Source of the DNA: a virus
Length of the DNA stretch: 64,000 nucleotides
Virus record (IMG/VR): IMGVR_UViG_3300044904_000300
Location: 71,822-135,821 of that record
Direction: 5' to 3' (one strand)
The notes under the pieces: generated by a model
The model's database searches: none
Told to the model about the DNA's origin: nothing
What the model saw: the letters and a program-made list of their open reading frames with translations, nothing else
Translations under genes and position numbers: made by a program
Shown: in pieces, positions 38,280 to 48,655 of the stretch
Position numbering within the stretch: position 1 is the first letter of the stretch
Layout: each line of letters opens with the position of its first letter

Positions 38280-39373
38280 AGGTAGGCATTTTTTCTGATA
38301 CTCACCATGGAGCCCGTAACGATTCTGGCGTCATGCAATTGTCAATGCGAAAGTTCTATGAGCATATTGTTTTTCCAACACTCAAAGAACAAGGCATTAC
38401 TCGTGTTATTCACGCCGGAGATTTTTGTGATAGACGAAAATACATCAACGGAAACACCGCAAGGTTTATAAACGATGTATACGATGCCCCTATGCAAGAA
38501 TTGGGAATATCTCAAGATATCTTATTGGGCAACCACGATATTTACTATCGTTCTTCAACAGAAGTGAGTTTGGTGGAAGACCTCTACCGGCATGTGACGG
38601 ACCGAGTGCATGTGCATTCGCAACCCACGGAAATTAATATCGCCGGGTGCGACATTCTTCTGCTGCCGTGGATAACAGATAACAATAGGGTAGCATCGAT
38701 GCGGCACATCGAAGATAGTAAATGCTCTATTGTTATCGGACACTTAGAAATTGCTGGCTTTCAGATGTATCGTGGGCTTTCAACAAATGAAGGAATGCCC
38801 GCATCATTATTTGATAGATTTGAATTGGTGATGTCAGGTCATTATCATCATAAATCACAGCAAGGCCCCATTTTCTACCTTGGTTCGATGTTTCCGATGA
38901 TTTGGAGTGACTATCAGGACCCCCGAGGGTTCCATTTGTTTGATACCGAGACACACGAACTGACCTATATCGAAAATCCGTATTCACTCTTCGTCAAGAT
39001 TCTCTATGATGACGCGGGACAGAAGCACGACTACATCAAGAAGCTCGCGCAGGCCATTCTCGCGCCGGACTCACCCTACCACGATGCGTATATCAAGGTG
39101 ATTGTGAAAAGCCGCGAACAACCGTATTGGTTTGATGTGCTTCTCGATTGCCTTTATAAAGTGAATGTGCAGGATGTGCTGGTAATAGACGACATCATCG
39201 TGGATGATGCGGACGAAACGGATAGCACCAACATTCCCGACTTGGATACGCTGACGCTCATGAAGGACTATATCGACACGCTTTCGATTTCGTGCGATAA
39301 GGATGCGTTGTTTGCGTATCTGCGTGAGAAATACCAGGATGCAGTAGCGGCAACCCAAGATGGACGCCTGTAA
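38276..39373 (+). CDS. g47: Recombination nuclease gp47 (Mre11/SbcD-like)
   Basis: DTHHG, GDF.D.RK, LGNHD, GHLE, SGHYH, YLGS. Confidence 0.93.
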   Translation: MKVGIFSDTHHGARNDSGVMQLSMRKFYEHIVFPTLKEQGITRVIHAGDFCDRRKYINGNTARFINDVYDAPMQELGISQDILLGNHDIYYRSSTEVSLVEDLYRHVTDRVHVHSQPTEINIAGCDILLLPWITDNNRVASMRHIEDSKCSIVIGHLEIAGFQMYRGLSTNEGMPASLFDRFELVMSGHYHHKSQQGPIFYLGSMFPMIWSDYQDPRGFHLFDTETHELTYIENPYSLFVKILYDDAGQKHDYIKKLAQAILAPDSPYHDAYIKVIVKSREQPYWFDVLLDCLYKVNVQDVLVIDDIIVDDADETDSTNIPDLDTLTLMKDYIDTLSISCDKDALFAYLREKYQDAVAATQDGRL

Positions 39374-39430
39374 ATACTCTAATGTAGAACCATAGATGTA
39401 TTATAAATACAGGTGTTCATAGGAGGTGTT

Positions 39431-39958
39431 ATGCCGTTCAAAGTGGCTATTGACTTGACCGGTCGTAAGGTTGGAAAGCTCGTCGTTCTTGCCCGAGCCG
39501 GAAAGAATAAATGGGGGCATCAGTTATGGGAGTGTGAATGCGAATGTGGTGCGCGATATGTTACTTCCGCAACACATTTGGCAACAGAAAAAGTAAAAAG
39601 TTGTGGATGCCAGTTACGAGCATCAGCGCGGGCCCGCCGGGGCGAAAAACACCCCCGATGGAAAGGCGGCCGCCGCGAAGATAAGAATGGGTACATCACT
39701 ATTCGTTGTTATGATTATCCGGGCGCAACAGGTTCGGTTTCGGTTTATGAGCATCAAGCAGTTATGGCGAAACATTTGGGCCGGCCTATTATGATAGACG
39801 AATCAATACATCACCGAAATGGAATCCGTAACGATAATAGGCTCGAAAATTTGGAGCTTCGTGTTTCGTATCACGGGCAGGGACAAACAATCGATGACGC
39901 CATCGCTTTAGCCCAGAGTATCCTGCGCCGTTATGCTCCGCACACATTAGTATGCTAA
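39431..39958 (+). CDS. HNH homing endonuclease, paralogue of 37749..38279
   Basis: DLTGRK.GKL.V, W.C.CECG, SCGC, YEH..VM..HLGRP, HH.NG.R.DNR.ENLEL; TATAAATA at 39402; AGGAGG RBS. Confidence 0.88.
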   Translation: MPFKVAIDLTGRKVGKLVVLARAGKNKWGHQLWECECECGARYVTSATHLATEKVKSCGCQLRASARARRGEKHPRWKGGRREDKNGYITIRCYDYPGATGSVSVYEHQAVMAKHLGRPIMIDESIHHRNGIRNDNRLENLELRVSYHGQGQTIDDAIALAQSILRRYAPHTLVC

Positions 39959-41664
39959 CCTTTACCCGCATTTCATACAAAAATTTCCTAGCAGCAGGAA
40001 ACTCACCCATCGTAGTTGACCTCAATACTCATCAATCGACCCTTATTGTCGGGCATAATGGAGCGGGGAAATCGACTTTGAGTGAGGCCATCTGTTTCGC
40101 TTTATATGGAAGACCTCTCCGAAATGTGAACAAGCCAAAACTTGTCAATTCGATTAACGGACGAGATTGCTTAGTCGAATTGGATTTCAAGACCAATAGC
40201 GGGGTGTATCGTATCAAGCGCGGTATCAAACCGAACATTTTTGAAATCTACGAGAACGGAACGCTTATACCCTCACCGGCTTCCGCTTTGGACTACCAAA
40301 CATTACTTGAAACTAATATTTTGAACTTGTCATTTCGGGCGTTTCAACAGGTGGTCATTCTTGGGAATACATCATATACTCCATTTATGCGGTTAGCCGC
40401 CGGCGCTCGCCGTGAACTTGTCGAGTCGCTTTTAGATATCGGGATTTTCTCGGCGATGAATGCGTTGACGAAGGACGAACTGACCACGCTGAAGAATGAG
40501 CTTGACAAGTGCATTCAGGCAAAGGGGCTTGTCGGTGAACAGGTCAAGATGGCGCAGAACTTCACGGAGCATCTGGAAGAACAGCGTCAGCAGCAATTGG
40601 CGGTGATTGACACCAACATCGAGCAAGTTAGCAACACCATACTGGAAACGCAATCAGCGATTACAAATCTGGAATCGGACTTACTGGAGTATGATACCGA
40701 TCACAAGGCGTTCACTGGGGCGTTTGAGAAGAAGTCGGACTACGAGCGCAACAGGTTTGCCATACAAGCCAAGCTAAAAGAGTTAGCCAAAGAGCGAGCG
40801 TTCTATGCAACGAATGATATTTGCCCAAAGTGTGAGCAATCTCTGACCGATGACCTGAAACAGGGACGCTATAATACGCTAGACAGTAAAGAAGATGGGG
40901 CGAACAAAGCTCTGGCGCAGTGTGATACGTTGATTGCCAAGTATGGTGGGATCGTCGCAACAGCGAACGCCGAACTTGCAAATGCCAAGACGCTAGAGAA
41001 CCAAATCGCCGCACAGCAGTCTTCGCTTCGCGTGTATGAAACACGGCGAGCAGAGCTTCGCAAAGAACGAGACAAGCTCGAATCGGCGACCGTGAGTACC
41101 CCGCAGGCAGTCGATGCCGAGGATCTCCAACGGCAACTTGGTGAGCTTGTAAAAAAACATGATGACTTGTCGCAAAAGCGTGTTATAATAGATGCTGCTG
41201 GAATGCTCTTGCGGGATAGTGGCATCAAGTCCAAAGTAATACGGCATTACATTCCGATCATCAATCGGACAATCAACGCCTATTTGACTGCGATGGATTT
41301 CCCGATTGCGTTCACGCTGGATGATGAGTTCCAAGAGAAAATCAAGAGCCGTTATCGTGACGACTTTGCGTATGATAGTTTTAGCGAGGGTGAGAAGAAG
41401 CGTATTGACTTGGCGCTCCTCTTGACCTGGCGAGCCGTAGCGCGGTTGAAGAACAGCGCAGCCAGCAACCTCCTGATACTGGATGAAGTGTTTGATGGGT
41501 CGCTAGACGCCAACGGGACAGAAGAGTTCCTGAAGATCATCGCGGGGCTGGAGAAGGATACGCGGGTTTTTGTCATCTCGCATAAAACGGATGTCCTCGT
41601 AGACAAATTTGCTCATACCATTACGTTCCAAAAGAACAGAGGGTTTTCGGAGATCAAAATCTAA
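39952..41664 (+). CDS. g46: Recombination ATPase gp46 (Rad50/SbcC-like)
   Basis: [13 protein letters not shown] hook, [28 protein letters not shown]. Confidence 0.95.
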   Translation: MLTFTRISYKNFLAAGNSPIVVDLNTHQSTLIVGHNGAGKSTLSEAICFALYGRPLRNVNKPKLVNSINGRDCLVELDFKTNSGVYRIKRGIKPNIFEIYENGTLIPSPASALDYQTLLETNILNLSFRAFQQVVILGNTSYTPFMRLAAGARRELVESLLDIGIFSAMNALTKDELTTLKNELDKCIQAKGLVGEQVKMAQNFTEHLEEQRQQQLAVIDTNIEQVSNTILETQSAITNLESDLLEYDTDHKAFTGAFEKKSDYERNRFAIQAKLKELAKERAFYATNDICPKCEQSLTDDLKQGRYNTLDSKEDGANKALAQCDTLIAKYGGIVATANAELANAKTLENQIAAQQSSLRVYETRRAELRKERDKLESATVSTPQAVDAEDLQRQLGELVKKHDDLSQKRVIIDAAGMLLRDSGIKSKVIRHYIPIINRTINAYLTAMDFPIAFTLDDEFQEKIKSRYRDDFAYDSFSEGEKKRIDLALLLTWRAVARLKNSAASNLLILDEVFDGSLDANGTEEFLKIIAGLEKDTRVFVISHKTDVLVDKFAHTITFQKNRGFSEIKI

Positions 41665-42023
41665 TGGGTGGTAAGCATTCGCAGGAGTGGTCGCGGGCAT
41701 ACTGGGTGAAGAACAAAGAGCGCATTAAGGGAGTCCGCCAAGCACGTAAATTGGCGGACTATGACGCGCATTGTGAACGAGTGCGGAACGTCAATCTCCA
41801 AAAGCGGTACGGGCTCACCCCCGATGAACTCGCGGATATGACGCAAGCACAAGATGGCGTCTGTAAGATATGTGGCACTGTCGGACCCCGTGGACTGATG
41901 GTAGACCATGACCATACAACAGGTAAAGTGCGCGGACTTCTATGTGAACATTGCAATAGAGGCCTCGGCGGTTTCAAAGACGACGTAAAATTGTTGCGTA
42001 AAGCAAGTGAGTATCTGATATGA
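41664..42023 (+). CDS. Endonuclease VII-family (His-Me finger) protein, probable HEG
   Basis: [30 protein letters not shown]. Confidence 0.85.
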   Translation: MGGKHSQEWSRAYWVKNKERIKGVRQARKLADYDAHCERVRNVNLQKRYGLTPDELADMTQAQDGVCKICGTVGPRGLMVDHDHTTGKVRGLLCEHCNRGLGGFKDDVKLLRKASEYLI

Positions 42024-43612
42024 GCATCTGTGGAATCAACCCCATCCTAGACGACCCCGAGATCAACGTCACCTATGACGCGATCCTCGGCATGACTGAC
42101 GCGGAGTTTTTGGACTACGTGCAGCGAATGCGTTCGGCCCTCCGTTCCATATGGGACATACAGGACATCGCACCGGTGCGCGGGTGGAGTGAGGATGAGG
42201 TGCGTGAGGACTTCAACGCGATGTCCTCATTCAACGCGAATAAGTTCTGGCATAAGGACGAACTAACAGGACGTCGAGTGATCTTGAATACGCATAACGT
42301 GGGCAATAGCGTGAACGCTTGGAACATGTCGCGTATGCTCAAGGTGCGTTTCAACTATACAGAGGATGATAACGGACGTAGCATCTACCAGTTCTTCGCG
42401 GACGATAAGCTCTTCAAGCGTTATCTACCATATGCCCGTCGCCATTTCCTACGGGATTCGTTTTACTTCTTTGCCCAAACGGTCAAGAAGGGTGACGGGC
42501 TCCCGCACTTTCCTGAAGTCAAAGCTGCCGATGCGTCCGAATTTTGTAGAGACTTTGGGACAAAAGAGCGCACCTATGGCACCCACGAATTGCTCATCGA
42601 AGCCAAGAAGCTCGACAAGAGTTATACCGGATACGCGGAGCACCTGAAGGACGCCGAGTTCCTCGTGCTGAATTACGACGAGCTAATCGAATTGGTGAAG
42701 TCTGGTGTGCTACCAAAGATCACATGCAGAGTTATTCGAGCGAACAAAGAACTAGACCGAGATCATGCGTTTCATGTTCGCCTCTATGAGAAAGGGCAAA
42801 AGCTCTTTCCGGCGATGTTCAAGTCATTCCGCATTAGCATGTGTTCGTATGCCGTGAACTTCCCGCCCCTGACCGCGAAGCTACTCTACGAGACCTTCCT
42901 TAAGGGTCTGGAGCGCGATGGTGGGGTGATGATATGGGACCCGAGTGCTGGATGGGCCGGGCGCCTGCTTGCGGCGCTATCCCTAGACCTCCGCACGACG
43001 ACGAATGAGTTCCAGCCGGTTCGGTATATCGGCACAGACCCGAATCCCGATTTTTATGCCGATGGGAACATCTATCATGACATCGGTAAGTTCTATAACG
43101 AGGTACGCGGCGGGGCAAGTTTGTATGACGAGACCAATCGCTATCTGGTGATGCCTTATGGCTCGGAAGTGGTACAGCGTGATGCGGGATTCCAGCAGCT
43201 CAAAGGCAAACTGGACATCGTATTCACAAGTCCGCCATATTTTAACAGGGAAGCCTACAGCGAGGACGAAAATCAGTCCTATAAGAAATTCTCTAGCTAC
43301 GATAGCTGGCGCGAGGGGTTCCTACGGCCGACACTTCAAACGGCATACGACTGGCTCGCACCGGAACGCTATTTGCTTTGGAATATCGCGGACCTCAAGG
43401 TTGGGAGTAAATATCTGCCGCTCGAACAGGACAGCATCGCGATTGCCAAGCAGCTCGGCTTTAAGTTCAAGGAAACAATCCTCATGGCGCTCAAATCTAT
43501 GCCGGGTGCGAACAGGACGACCGAGGACGGGACGCTGACCGCGAAGAACTTCTGTAAGGTGGATGGCAGACTACTCAAGTTTGAGCCGGTCCATGTGTTC
43601 TACAAGCCCTAA
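42020..43612 (+). CDS. DNA amino-methyltransferase-like protein (SPPY type)
   Basis: [11 protein letters not shown] (motif I), GTDPN, FTSPPYF..E.Y (motif IV), W...FL.PT. Confidence 0.75.
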   Translation: MSICGINPILDDPEINVTYDAILGMTDAEFLDYVQRMRSALRSIWDIQDIAPVRGWSEDEVREDFNAMSSFNANKFWHKDELTGRRVILNTHNVGNSVNAWNMSRMLKVRFNYTEDDNGRSIYQFFADDKLFKRYLPYARRHFLRDSFYFFAQTVKKGDGLPHFPEVKAADASEFCRDFGTKERTYGTHELLIEAKKLDKSYTGYAEHLKDAEFLVLNYDELIELVKSGVLPKITCRVIRANKELDRDHAFHVRLYEKGQKLFPAMFKSFRISMCSYAVNFPPLTAKLLYETFLKGLERDGGVMIWDPSAGWAGRLLAALSLDLRTTTNEFQPVRYIGTDPNPDFYADGNIYHDIGKFYNEVRGGASLYDETNRYLVMPYGSEVVQRDAGFQQLKGKLDIVFTSPPYFNREAYSEDENQSYKKFSSYDSWREGFLRPTLQTAYDWLAPERYLLWNIADLKVGSKYLPLEQDSIAIAKQLGFKFKETILMALKSMPGANRTTEDGTLTAKNFCKVDGRLLKFEPVHVFYKP

Positions 43613-43630
43613 ATAAGCGGGAGGCAGAGT

Positions 43631-44113
43631 ATGCGAAACTCCCGTATTCAGTTAGAATTTGTTGAAACCGAGAACGATAGTGACCTGGTGGAGGCGATGC
43701 GAAGCCTCTTTGCGGATACGGTCATCTTTTATCTCAAGGCGCATGGATACCACTGGAATGTGGAAGGCCCAGACTTTGGTCCCTTCCATAAGCTCTTCGA
43801 GGGCATCTATGAAGAGGTCTACGGCACCGTCGACGACATGGCCGAACATGTTCGTAAGCTCGATGCGTTCGCGATCTACACGATAGCGATGATTGAAAAG
43901 TATCGCACGCTGTCCGATACACCTCTCACAGGTCCTCAGCCTCTCCCGATGGTGCAGGACCTTCTGTTAGCCAACGAAATGCTCTTGTCCCGCATCGCGG
44001 TGTGCTTCAAACTCGCTGAAGCTAAGGGGGAGCAGGGGCTCATGAACTACTTGGCGGACCGAACAGACGCGCATAGGAAACATGGATGGTTCTTGCGTGC
44101 GACTGTGAAGTAA
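43631..44113 (+). CDS. dps: Dps/ferritin-like DNA protection protein
   Basis: YLKAHGYHWNVEG..F...H.LFE..YEE....VD..AE, H.KH.WFL; TAAATA at 43610. Confidence 0.9.
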   Translation: MRNSRIQLEFVETENDSDLVEAMRSLFADTVIFYLKAHGYHWNVEGPDFGPFHKLFEGIYEEVYGTVDDMAEHVRKLDAFAIYTIAMIEKYRTLSDTPLTGPQPLPMVQDLLLANEMLLSRIAVCFKLAEAKGEQGLMNYLADRTDAHRKHGWFLRATVK

Positions 44114-44117
44114 GACT

Positions 44118-44408
44118 ATGCCGGAGAACCCTAACCCTCTCGACTTCACAAATGTCCATGTGACATTCAGTTTGAAGATGTTTTTGGTGATCATTACCAC
44201 GCTGATTACGCTCATCGGGGGCGGCTATGGCGCGTATTATGGGATCACTAGTCGCATTAGCTCTGTGGATACCGCGGTGAAGGCCCAGACTCAATCGACA
44301 GACGAACTACGCGCAGAAATCAAAACACTTACGGAGCGAAATGACGCCTTGAAGCAGCAAATGCTCGAATTGACGATCACACTCCGCACGAAGGGAGTTA
44401 TCAAATGA
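44118..44408 (+). CDS. Single-TM coiled-coil protein
   Basis: TM helix at about aa 18-42 followed by a heptad-rich segment. Confidence 0.6.
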   Translation: MPENPNPLDFTNVHVTFSLKMFLVIITTLITLIGGGYGAYYGITSRISSVDTAVKAQTQSTDELRAEIKTLTERNDALKQQMLELTITLRTKGVIK

Positions 44409-44764
44409 GAACTTTTCATGAATGGTTTCTAACGGATAGCTGGATGTATGTGCTTGCATTTATGGTTGTGGTTGGCTGGCTCGCGATGAGTGGATTGATG
44501 CTCCACGCTCGGGAGTTGGGGCGCCAGGACTACTATACAGAACAGCAATCGCAGGTACCTGCCTGGGCTAACATGACCAAGTCGTATGATGCGACACGCA
44601 CCGAACCTCCGGTCATGCTCATTCAACGCATCACCCCCGACTACGCACAGGTCTGCGTAGAACCCGCAAAGGATGGCGTTGTCGCATGTCGTCCTATTGG
44701 CGATCTTCGCAAGTGGATTGTTTCACCTGCACCGCCCCCGTGTCCACCGGTTGTCAAGAAATAG
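44405..44764 (+). CDS. Single-TM protein with Cys/Pro-rich tail
   Basis: TM at about aa 14-33; start overlaps the previous stop. Confidence 0.55.
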   Translation: MRTFHEWFLTDSWMYVLAFMVVVGWLAMSGLMLHARELGRQDYYTEQQSQVPAWANMTKSYDATRTEPPVMLIQRITPDYAQVCVEPAKDGVVACRPIGDLRKWIVSPAPPPCPPVVKK

Positions 44765-44784
44765 TTATAGTCAGAGGAGAACGC

Positions 44785-45543
44785 ATGTCACATATTTTGA
44801 AACATCGCTTTGGATGGGTTCCCGATTTGCCCGATCAACGGGACTTCCTCGTAAAGAAAACCGTCGTCAAGCTACCAGCAAGTGTCGATCTTCGTGCGAC
44901 TTGCGCTCCGATTGAGGACCAGGGCCAGTTGGGAAGCTGTACCGCACATGCTCTAACTGGTGCGTTAGAGTTCTTAGAAAAGAAGGATGGCGTGACGCTT
45001 GCTCAGTTGAGCCGGCTATTCGTGTATTATAACGAGCGAGCCTTAGAGGGCACTATTGCTTCCGACGCGGGAGCATCGTTGCGTGATGGAATCAAAACGC
45101 TCATCACCCAGGGAGTCTGCCCCGAGACCGAGTGGCCGTATACGATTTCGCAGTTCGCTGTAAAACCCACAGACGCTTGCTATACGGATGCGCGAAAGGA
45201 CCTCGTGACGCTGTATCAGTCGCTCACGTCACTAACTGACATGAAGACCTGTTTGGCGGACGGGTATCCGTTTGTATTTGGGTTCACCGTCTATGAGTCG
45301 TTCGAATCTAACACGGTGGCGGTGACGGGTATTGTACCGATGCCGGGGAGTGGTGAATCTGTCTTGGGAGGTCATGCTGTTCTCGCGGTTGGCTACAACG
45401 ATTCCACATCGCGATTTCTTGTTCGCAACTCGTGGGGCACATCATGGGGCATGAGTGGATATTTCACGATCCCCTATGCGTACCTGACGAACACTCGTCT
45501 CGCAAACAACTTTTGGAAGATTAGTAAAGACGCTGGGTTCTAA
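44785..45543 (+). CDS. Papain-family (C1A) cysteine protease
   Basis: DQGQLGSCTA, GGHAVLAVGY, VRNSWG..WG..GYF; GAGGAG RBS before 44785. Confidence 0.92.
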   Translation: MSHILKHRFGWVPDLPDQRDFLVKKTVVKLPASVDLRATCAPIEDQGQLGSCTAHALTGALEFLEKKDGVTLAQLSRLFVYYNERALEGTIASDAGASLRDGIKTLITQGVCPETEWPYTISQFAVKPTDACYTDARKDLVTLYQSLTSLTDMKTCLADGYPFVFGFTVYESFESNTVAVTGIVPMPGSGESVLGGHAVLAVGYNDSTSRFLVRNSWGTSWGMSGYFTIPYAYLTNTRLANNFWKISKDAGF

Positions 45544-46049
45544 GTTGGACGACGAGCAGTTAACATCTTAGCTCTATAGACGGGGTCTCTCCATAACGCA
45601 CGCATAGTCTGACCGATTGTGGAGTGCGCGAGTTTTTCTCGATAAGCGGGATCGCTTGAACGCCGAGCGCATCCCGCTTTTTGTTTAACACGATACGCAG
45701 GGTTTGCATTACGTTTTATTGCGTCTTCAGTAGAATTGCAGAGGTTCTTACGCACTTCTGGGTGTAGTGCTTGCGTTTTATGTCCGTTCTCTTTTGAGAG
45801 CGTGGGGTAAAGTTCTCGCATTCGCCGGTTGCCCAGTTTTGTTAACTCTCGCACGGTTTCGTCGTCATTCATCCATCCTGATAGAATACGCACAGCTAAC
45901 GCATCTTCTATTTTGCCATATTGCTCATAGAGTAGTTGGTGGGCAGCGATGTGTTCGGGCACGGTAAGATAAACGATATTGGCGGAATCGTCTGTGCCGC
46001 CCATGTGCTTGGGGATGATATGATGTTTGTGATAAGTAATACTAGACAT
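45540..46049 (-). CDS. HNH endonuclease
   Basis: YHKHHIIPKHMGGTDD..N.V.LT..EH..AH.LL. Confidence 0.85.
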   Translation of the reverse strand: MSSITYHKHHIIPKHMGGTDDSANIVYLTVPEHIAAHQLLYEQYGKIEDALAVRILSGWMNDDETVRELTKLGNRRMRELYPTLSKENGHKTQALHPEVRKNLCNSTEDAIKRNANPAYRVKQKAGCARRSSDPAYREKLAHSTIGQTMRALWRDPVYRAKMLTARRPT

Positions 46050-46118
46050 ATCGAACTCCTTCTAGTTCGGTAGCGTTGAGGATGGGTGCGGGACGCAACT
46101 CTCGCGCTCATCCGTTAT

Positions 46119-46559
46119 TTATGCTTCACGGACTTCAGCTTCAATCGTAGGGTAGCCCATCAAAATGGCAGCCGCGCAACGATGAGTGCCATCCATGACA
46201 TAGTAACGCTCACCTTGCTTCACGACACTCACCACTTCCTCTTTATTCTCATTCCATCGTGCAGGGTTCGCCTTGATAAGGCGTTTGAGCAAGGTGATAG
46301 TTACCCCATCTTGTGTCGGGATGAGCTTATTCACAGGAACATGCTGTAGTTTCAATCCACCGACCCGTTCCCGATGTGAAACCACATCATTCCAGCGGGA
46401 CATCGGTGGATTGTCAGGTTCGTGCGCGAAGATGTATTCGTTGTTCAGCGTTCCACCCCGAAAGAACGGGTCGTGCGGAAGCTTGGCAATCTGGTCGATT
46501 CGCGCAAACGCAGTCTTTTGGTCGACTGCTTCGGTGAAGAACTGAGCATAGCGGAGCAT
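46119..46559 (-). CDS. ParB/Srx-like protein with capsid-targeting-like N-terminus
   Basis: MLRYAQFFTE|A; V..L.PTQ, YYVMDGTHR.AA. Confidence 0.7.
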   Translation of the reverse strand: MLRYAQFFTEAVDQKTAFARIDQIAKLPHDPFFRGGTLNNEYIFAHEPDNPPMSRWNDVVSHRERVGGLKLQHVPVNKLIPTQDGVTITLLKRLIKANPARWNENKEEVVSVVKQGERYYVMDGTHRCAAAILMGYPTIEAEVREA

Positions 46560-46560
46560 A

Positions 46561-46770
46561 TTAGACCCCGCATTTATTGAGGAAGAACCCTTTGTCGAAG
46601 CGAGAATTGTCATCTCTGAATACATCTGCTAGGTCGTTCGCAATTGTATTGAGCACAATTAGTGTTTGCCCGTCCGCACGTTTTACGTGGGTCGCAATAA
46701 TCTTTGCTATTGCCTCATAATGCTGTCGTGTGAATGCCTCGCGAAGACAGTCCTGTTTGAATGTTCTCAT
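46561..46770 (-). CDS. Small protein with capsid-targeting-like N-terminus
   Basis: MRTFKQDCLRE|A; DN.RFD...F...C. Confidence 0.55.
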   Translation of the reverse strand: MRTFKQDCLREAFTRQHYEAIAKIIATHVKRADGQTLIVLNTIANDLADVFRDDNSRFDKGFFLNKCGV

Positions 46771-46775
46771 GACGC

Positions 46776-47711
46776 TTATCCTTTATGCTTTTTGAACCAC
46801 TCGACTTCGCCTTCATGTTTACCTGCAGCGGCCTTACTTGAAAAGTCACCAAGGTTCTTGCCCTTGTGCGACACCAAACGATAGCCAGAGCCGTGCTTGA
46901 CGATGTGCTCATCGACTTCATCTTCCTCACGGGGAGGCACCGTCACATAAATGGTTTTGCCATTCATCGTGACGGGATACTTCTTGATCTTACTCTTCGG
47001 GGGCGCATCCTCGCCGAGCATGTCGAGCACAACAGTTCCGAATCTCTTACGCATAACACTCTCGTTCTTTGAAATGGCGACTGCTGCATCGGCGGTCTCT
47101 TTGACAGGGTTCAATTCACCTGGTTCGGGGAGCATTTCATTCACCGGAGGCATCGTAGAGAGCTGTTGTGACTCGTCCATTTCTTCGTTGAAACGCACCT
47201 TCATGTCTTTGAAGTTGCGCTTGGCGTTGGTCAGGTCTGGAGTTTGCCAGGTTTCACGAACAGAAGGTGTGAGACGATTTCCCTTTACATCGTGCGTCCA
47301 CCAGACCTGTATCGTTGTGCCCTTACGATACAGCGTGCCATCTAGCACCTCGGCCTTCTCATCGTAGTCCTGGCGAAGGTCGGGAATACGGGGTTCGTTT
47401 GCTTCATCAATCGCTGTGCGTGTGACGAACTTGGCGCATGTGCAGTTTGGATGCAAGCACGCCTCGGGATCATGCTCCTCGCCAGGATGTCCACATGCAG
47501 CACAGACCTCACCACCCGCTACATCTTCCTCGGAGACGACCGTATCATCTTTGATTCGTAGGCCCTTGTCTTTGGCGCACTTGCGGTGCATCAGGGAGAT
47601 GTAGTCCAGGTCCCCGGCAAAGTCGTAGACAAACTGGTCCACGATATCACCGATAGGCTTGTTGTCCTTCATGACAGGTTTGCGACAGATTGAGCAGTAG
47701 GTAAGGGACAT
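46776..47711 (-). CDS. Modular protein (candidate gp21-processed polyprotein)
   Basis: TAAATA on minus strand at 47729-47734; modules delimited by VSE, IDE, FNE/MDE, VNE, VKE, LGE, VDE. Confidence 0.65.
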   Translation of the reverse strand: MSLTYCSICRKPVMKDNKPIGDIVDQFVYDFAGDLDYISLMHRKCAKDKGLRIKDDTVVSEEDVAGGEVCAACGHPGEEHDPEACLHPNCTCAKFVTRTAIDEANEPRIPDLRQDYDEKAEVLDGTLYRKGTTIQVWWTHDVKGNRLTPSVRETWQTPDLTNAKRNFKDMKVRFNEEMDESQQLSTMPPVNEMLPEPGELNPVKETADAAVAISKNESVMRKRFGTVVLDMLGEDAPPKSKIKKYPVTMNGKTIYVTVPPREEDEVDEHIVKHGSGYRLVSHKGKNLGDFSSKAAAGKHEGEVEWFKKHKG

Positions 47712-47912
47712 GCAGCACTCCTAAACATTATTTAGGGTGCTCTGTGTGCCTAATACTTACGCTGCCAGATGGGGAGATTGTCTTGCGGAGTGCGGGGAGG
47801 TGGGAGAGAACGCGGGGCCGTCGAGTCGGGTGACGGCCCCGTGAAAGCGTCTCGGATCATCGACACCCATGCTATTGTCATAATGGCATAGTAGAGGATG
47901 ATCCACATCGTT

Positions 47913-48578
47913 CTAGTCCTGATGACGAATCGTGATCGTTTCGCCTGCGTTCAAGTTGATTGTATACTGCCATTCTTGATCGCTTGCATGAATCGTGATC
48001 GTGTGCTGTCCAGGTGTAAGACCGAGTGTATTGATTTGTGTGAGAAGTCCATGCGTCTTTCCGTCCACGAAGACTTCGGCGTCAAGCGGGAACGGTCCAA
48101 AGGCGACATGTGCGTAGGTGTCGTTCTGTTGAACGCTCACAACGATATCAGGATAGGGGTACCAGAATCCGTCATCAAAGAACCAGATGCGAGGGCCGAA
48201 TTCATAGAACCACGGTGTATAGTAGCCCATCCAATAGCGGCCGCCATAGAACCAATTGCGTCCATGCGGTCCGTGCCCATAGGGACGATAGCCGTAGCCT
48301 TCCTGACGACCGCCACGCATTCCCTGACCTCCTCGCTGATAACCTTGCCGATCACCCTGAGGCGGCCGAGGAACTGCATGTCCCTGACTGCCAGGGGGAC
48401 GCGACGGAGGCGCAGCGTGCTGCTGTGCTGGAGGTGCGGGACGCTGTGCGGGCGCCGCATGAGAGACTGGTGCGCTTGCGTGACCGCCACCTCCATGTGT
48501 CGCCGGACGCTGGGCGAGTGCGGGACTTGCCACTAATGCCATCGCGAGAACGATGCCGAGAATGTTGAACCTTGCCAT
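47913..48578 (-). CDS. Secreted Pro/Gly-rich protein with C-terminal PEGA-like domain
   Basis: Signal peptide MARFNILGIVLAMALVASPALAQ; P..AEVFVDG...G, L.PGQH.I.I. Confidence 0.7.
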   Translation of the reverse strand: MARFNILGIVLAMALVASPALAQRPATHGGGGHASAPVSHAAPAQRPAPPAQQHAAPPSRPPGSQGHAVPRPPQGDRQGYQRGGQGMRGGRQEGYGYRPYGHGPHGRNWFYGGRYWMGYYTPWFYEFGPRIWFFDDGFWYPYPDIVVSVQQNDTYAHVAFGPFPLDAEVFVDGKTHGLLTQINTLGLTPGQHTITIHASDQEWQYTINLNAGETITIRHQD

Positions 48579-48626
48579 GATGTGTAACTGTCTCCTTTGA
48601 GTAACAATCGCGCTACTCTTCTCTAT

Positions 48627-48655
48627 ACTATAGCACAAACCATTCCGCCTGTCTA
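48627..48655 (-). promoter_or_regulatory. Sigma70-type promoter of the PEGA-domain gene
   Basis: Minus strand TAGACA-N17-TATAGT. Confidence 0.6.
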
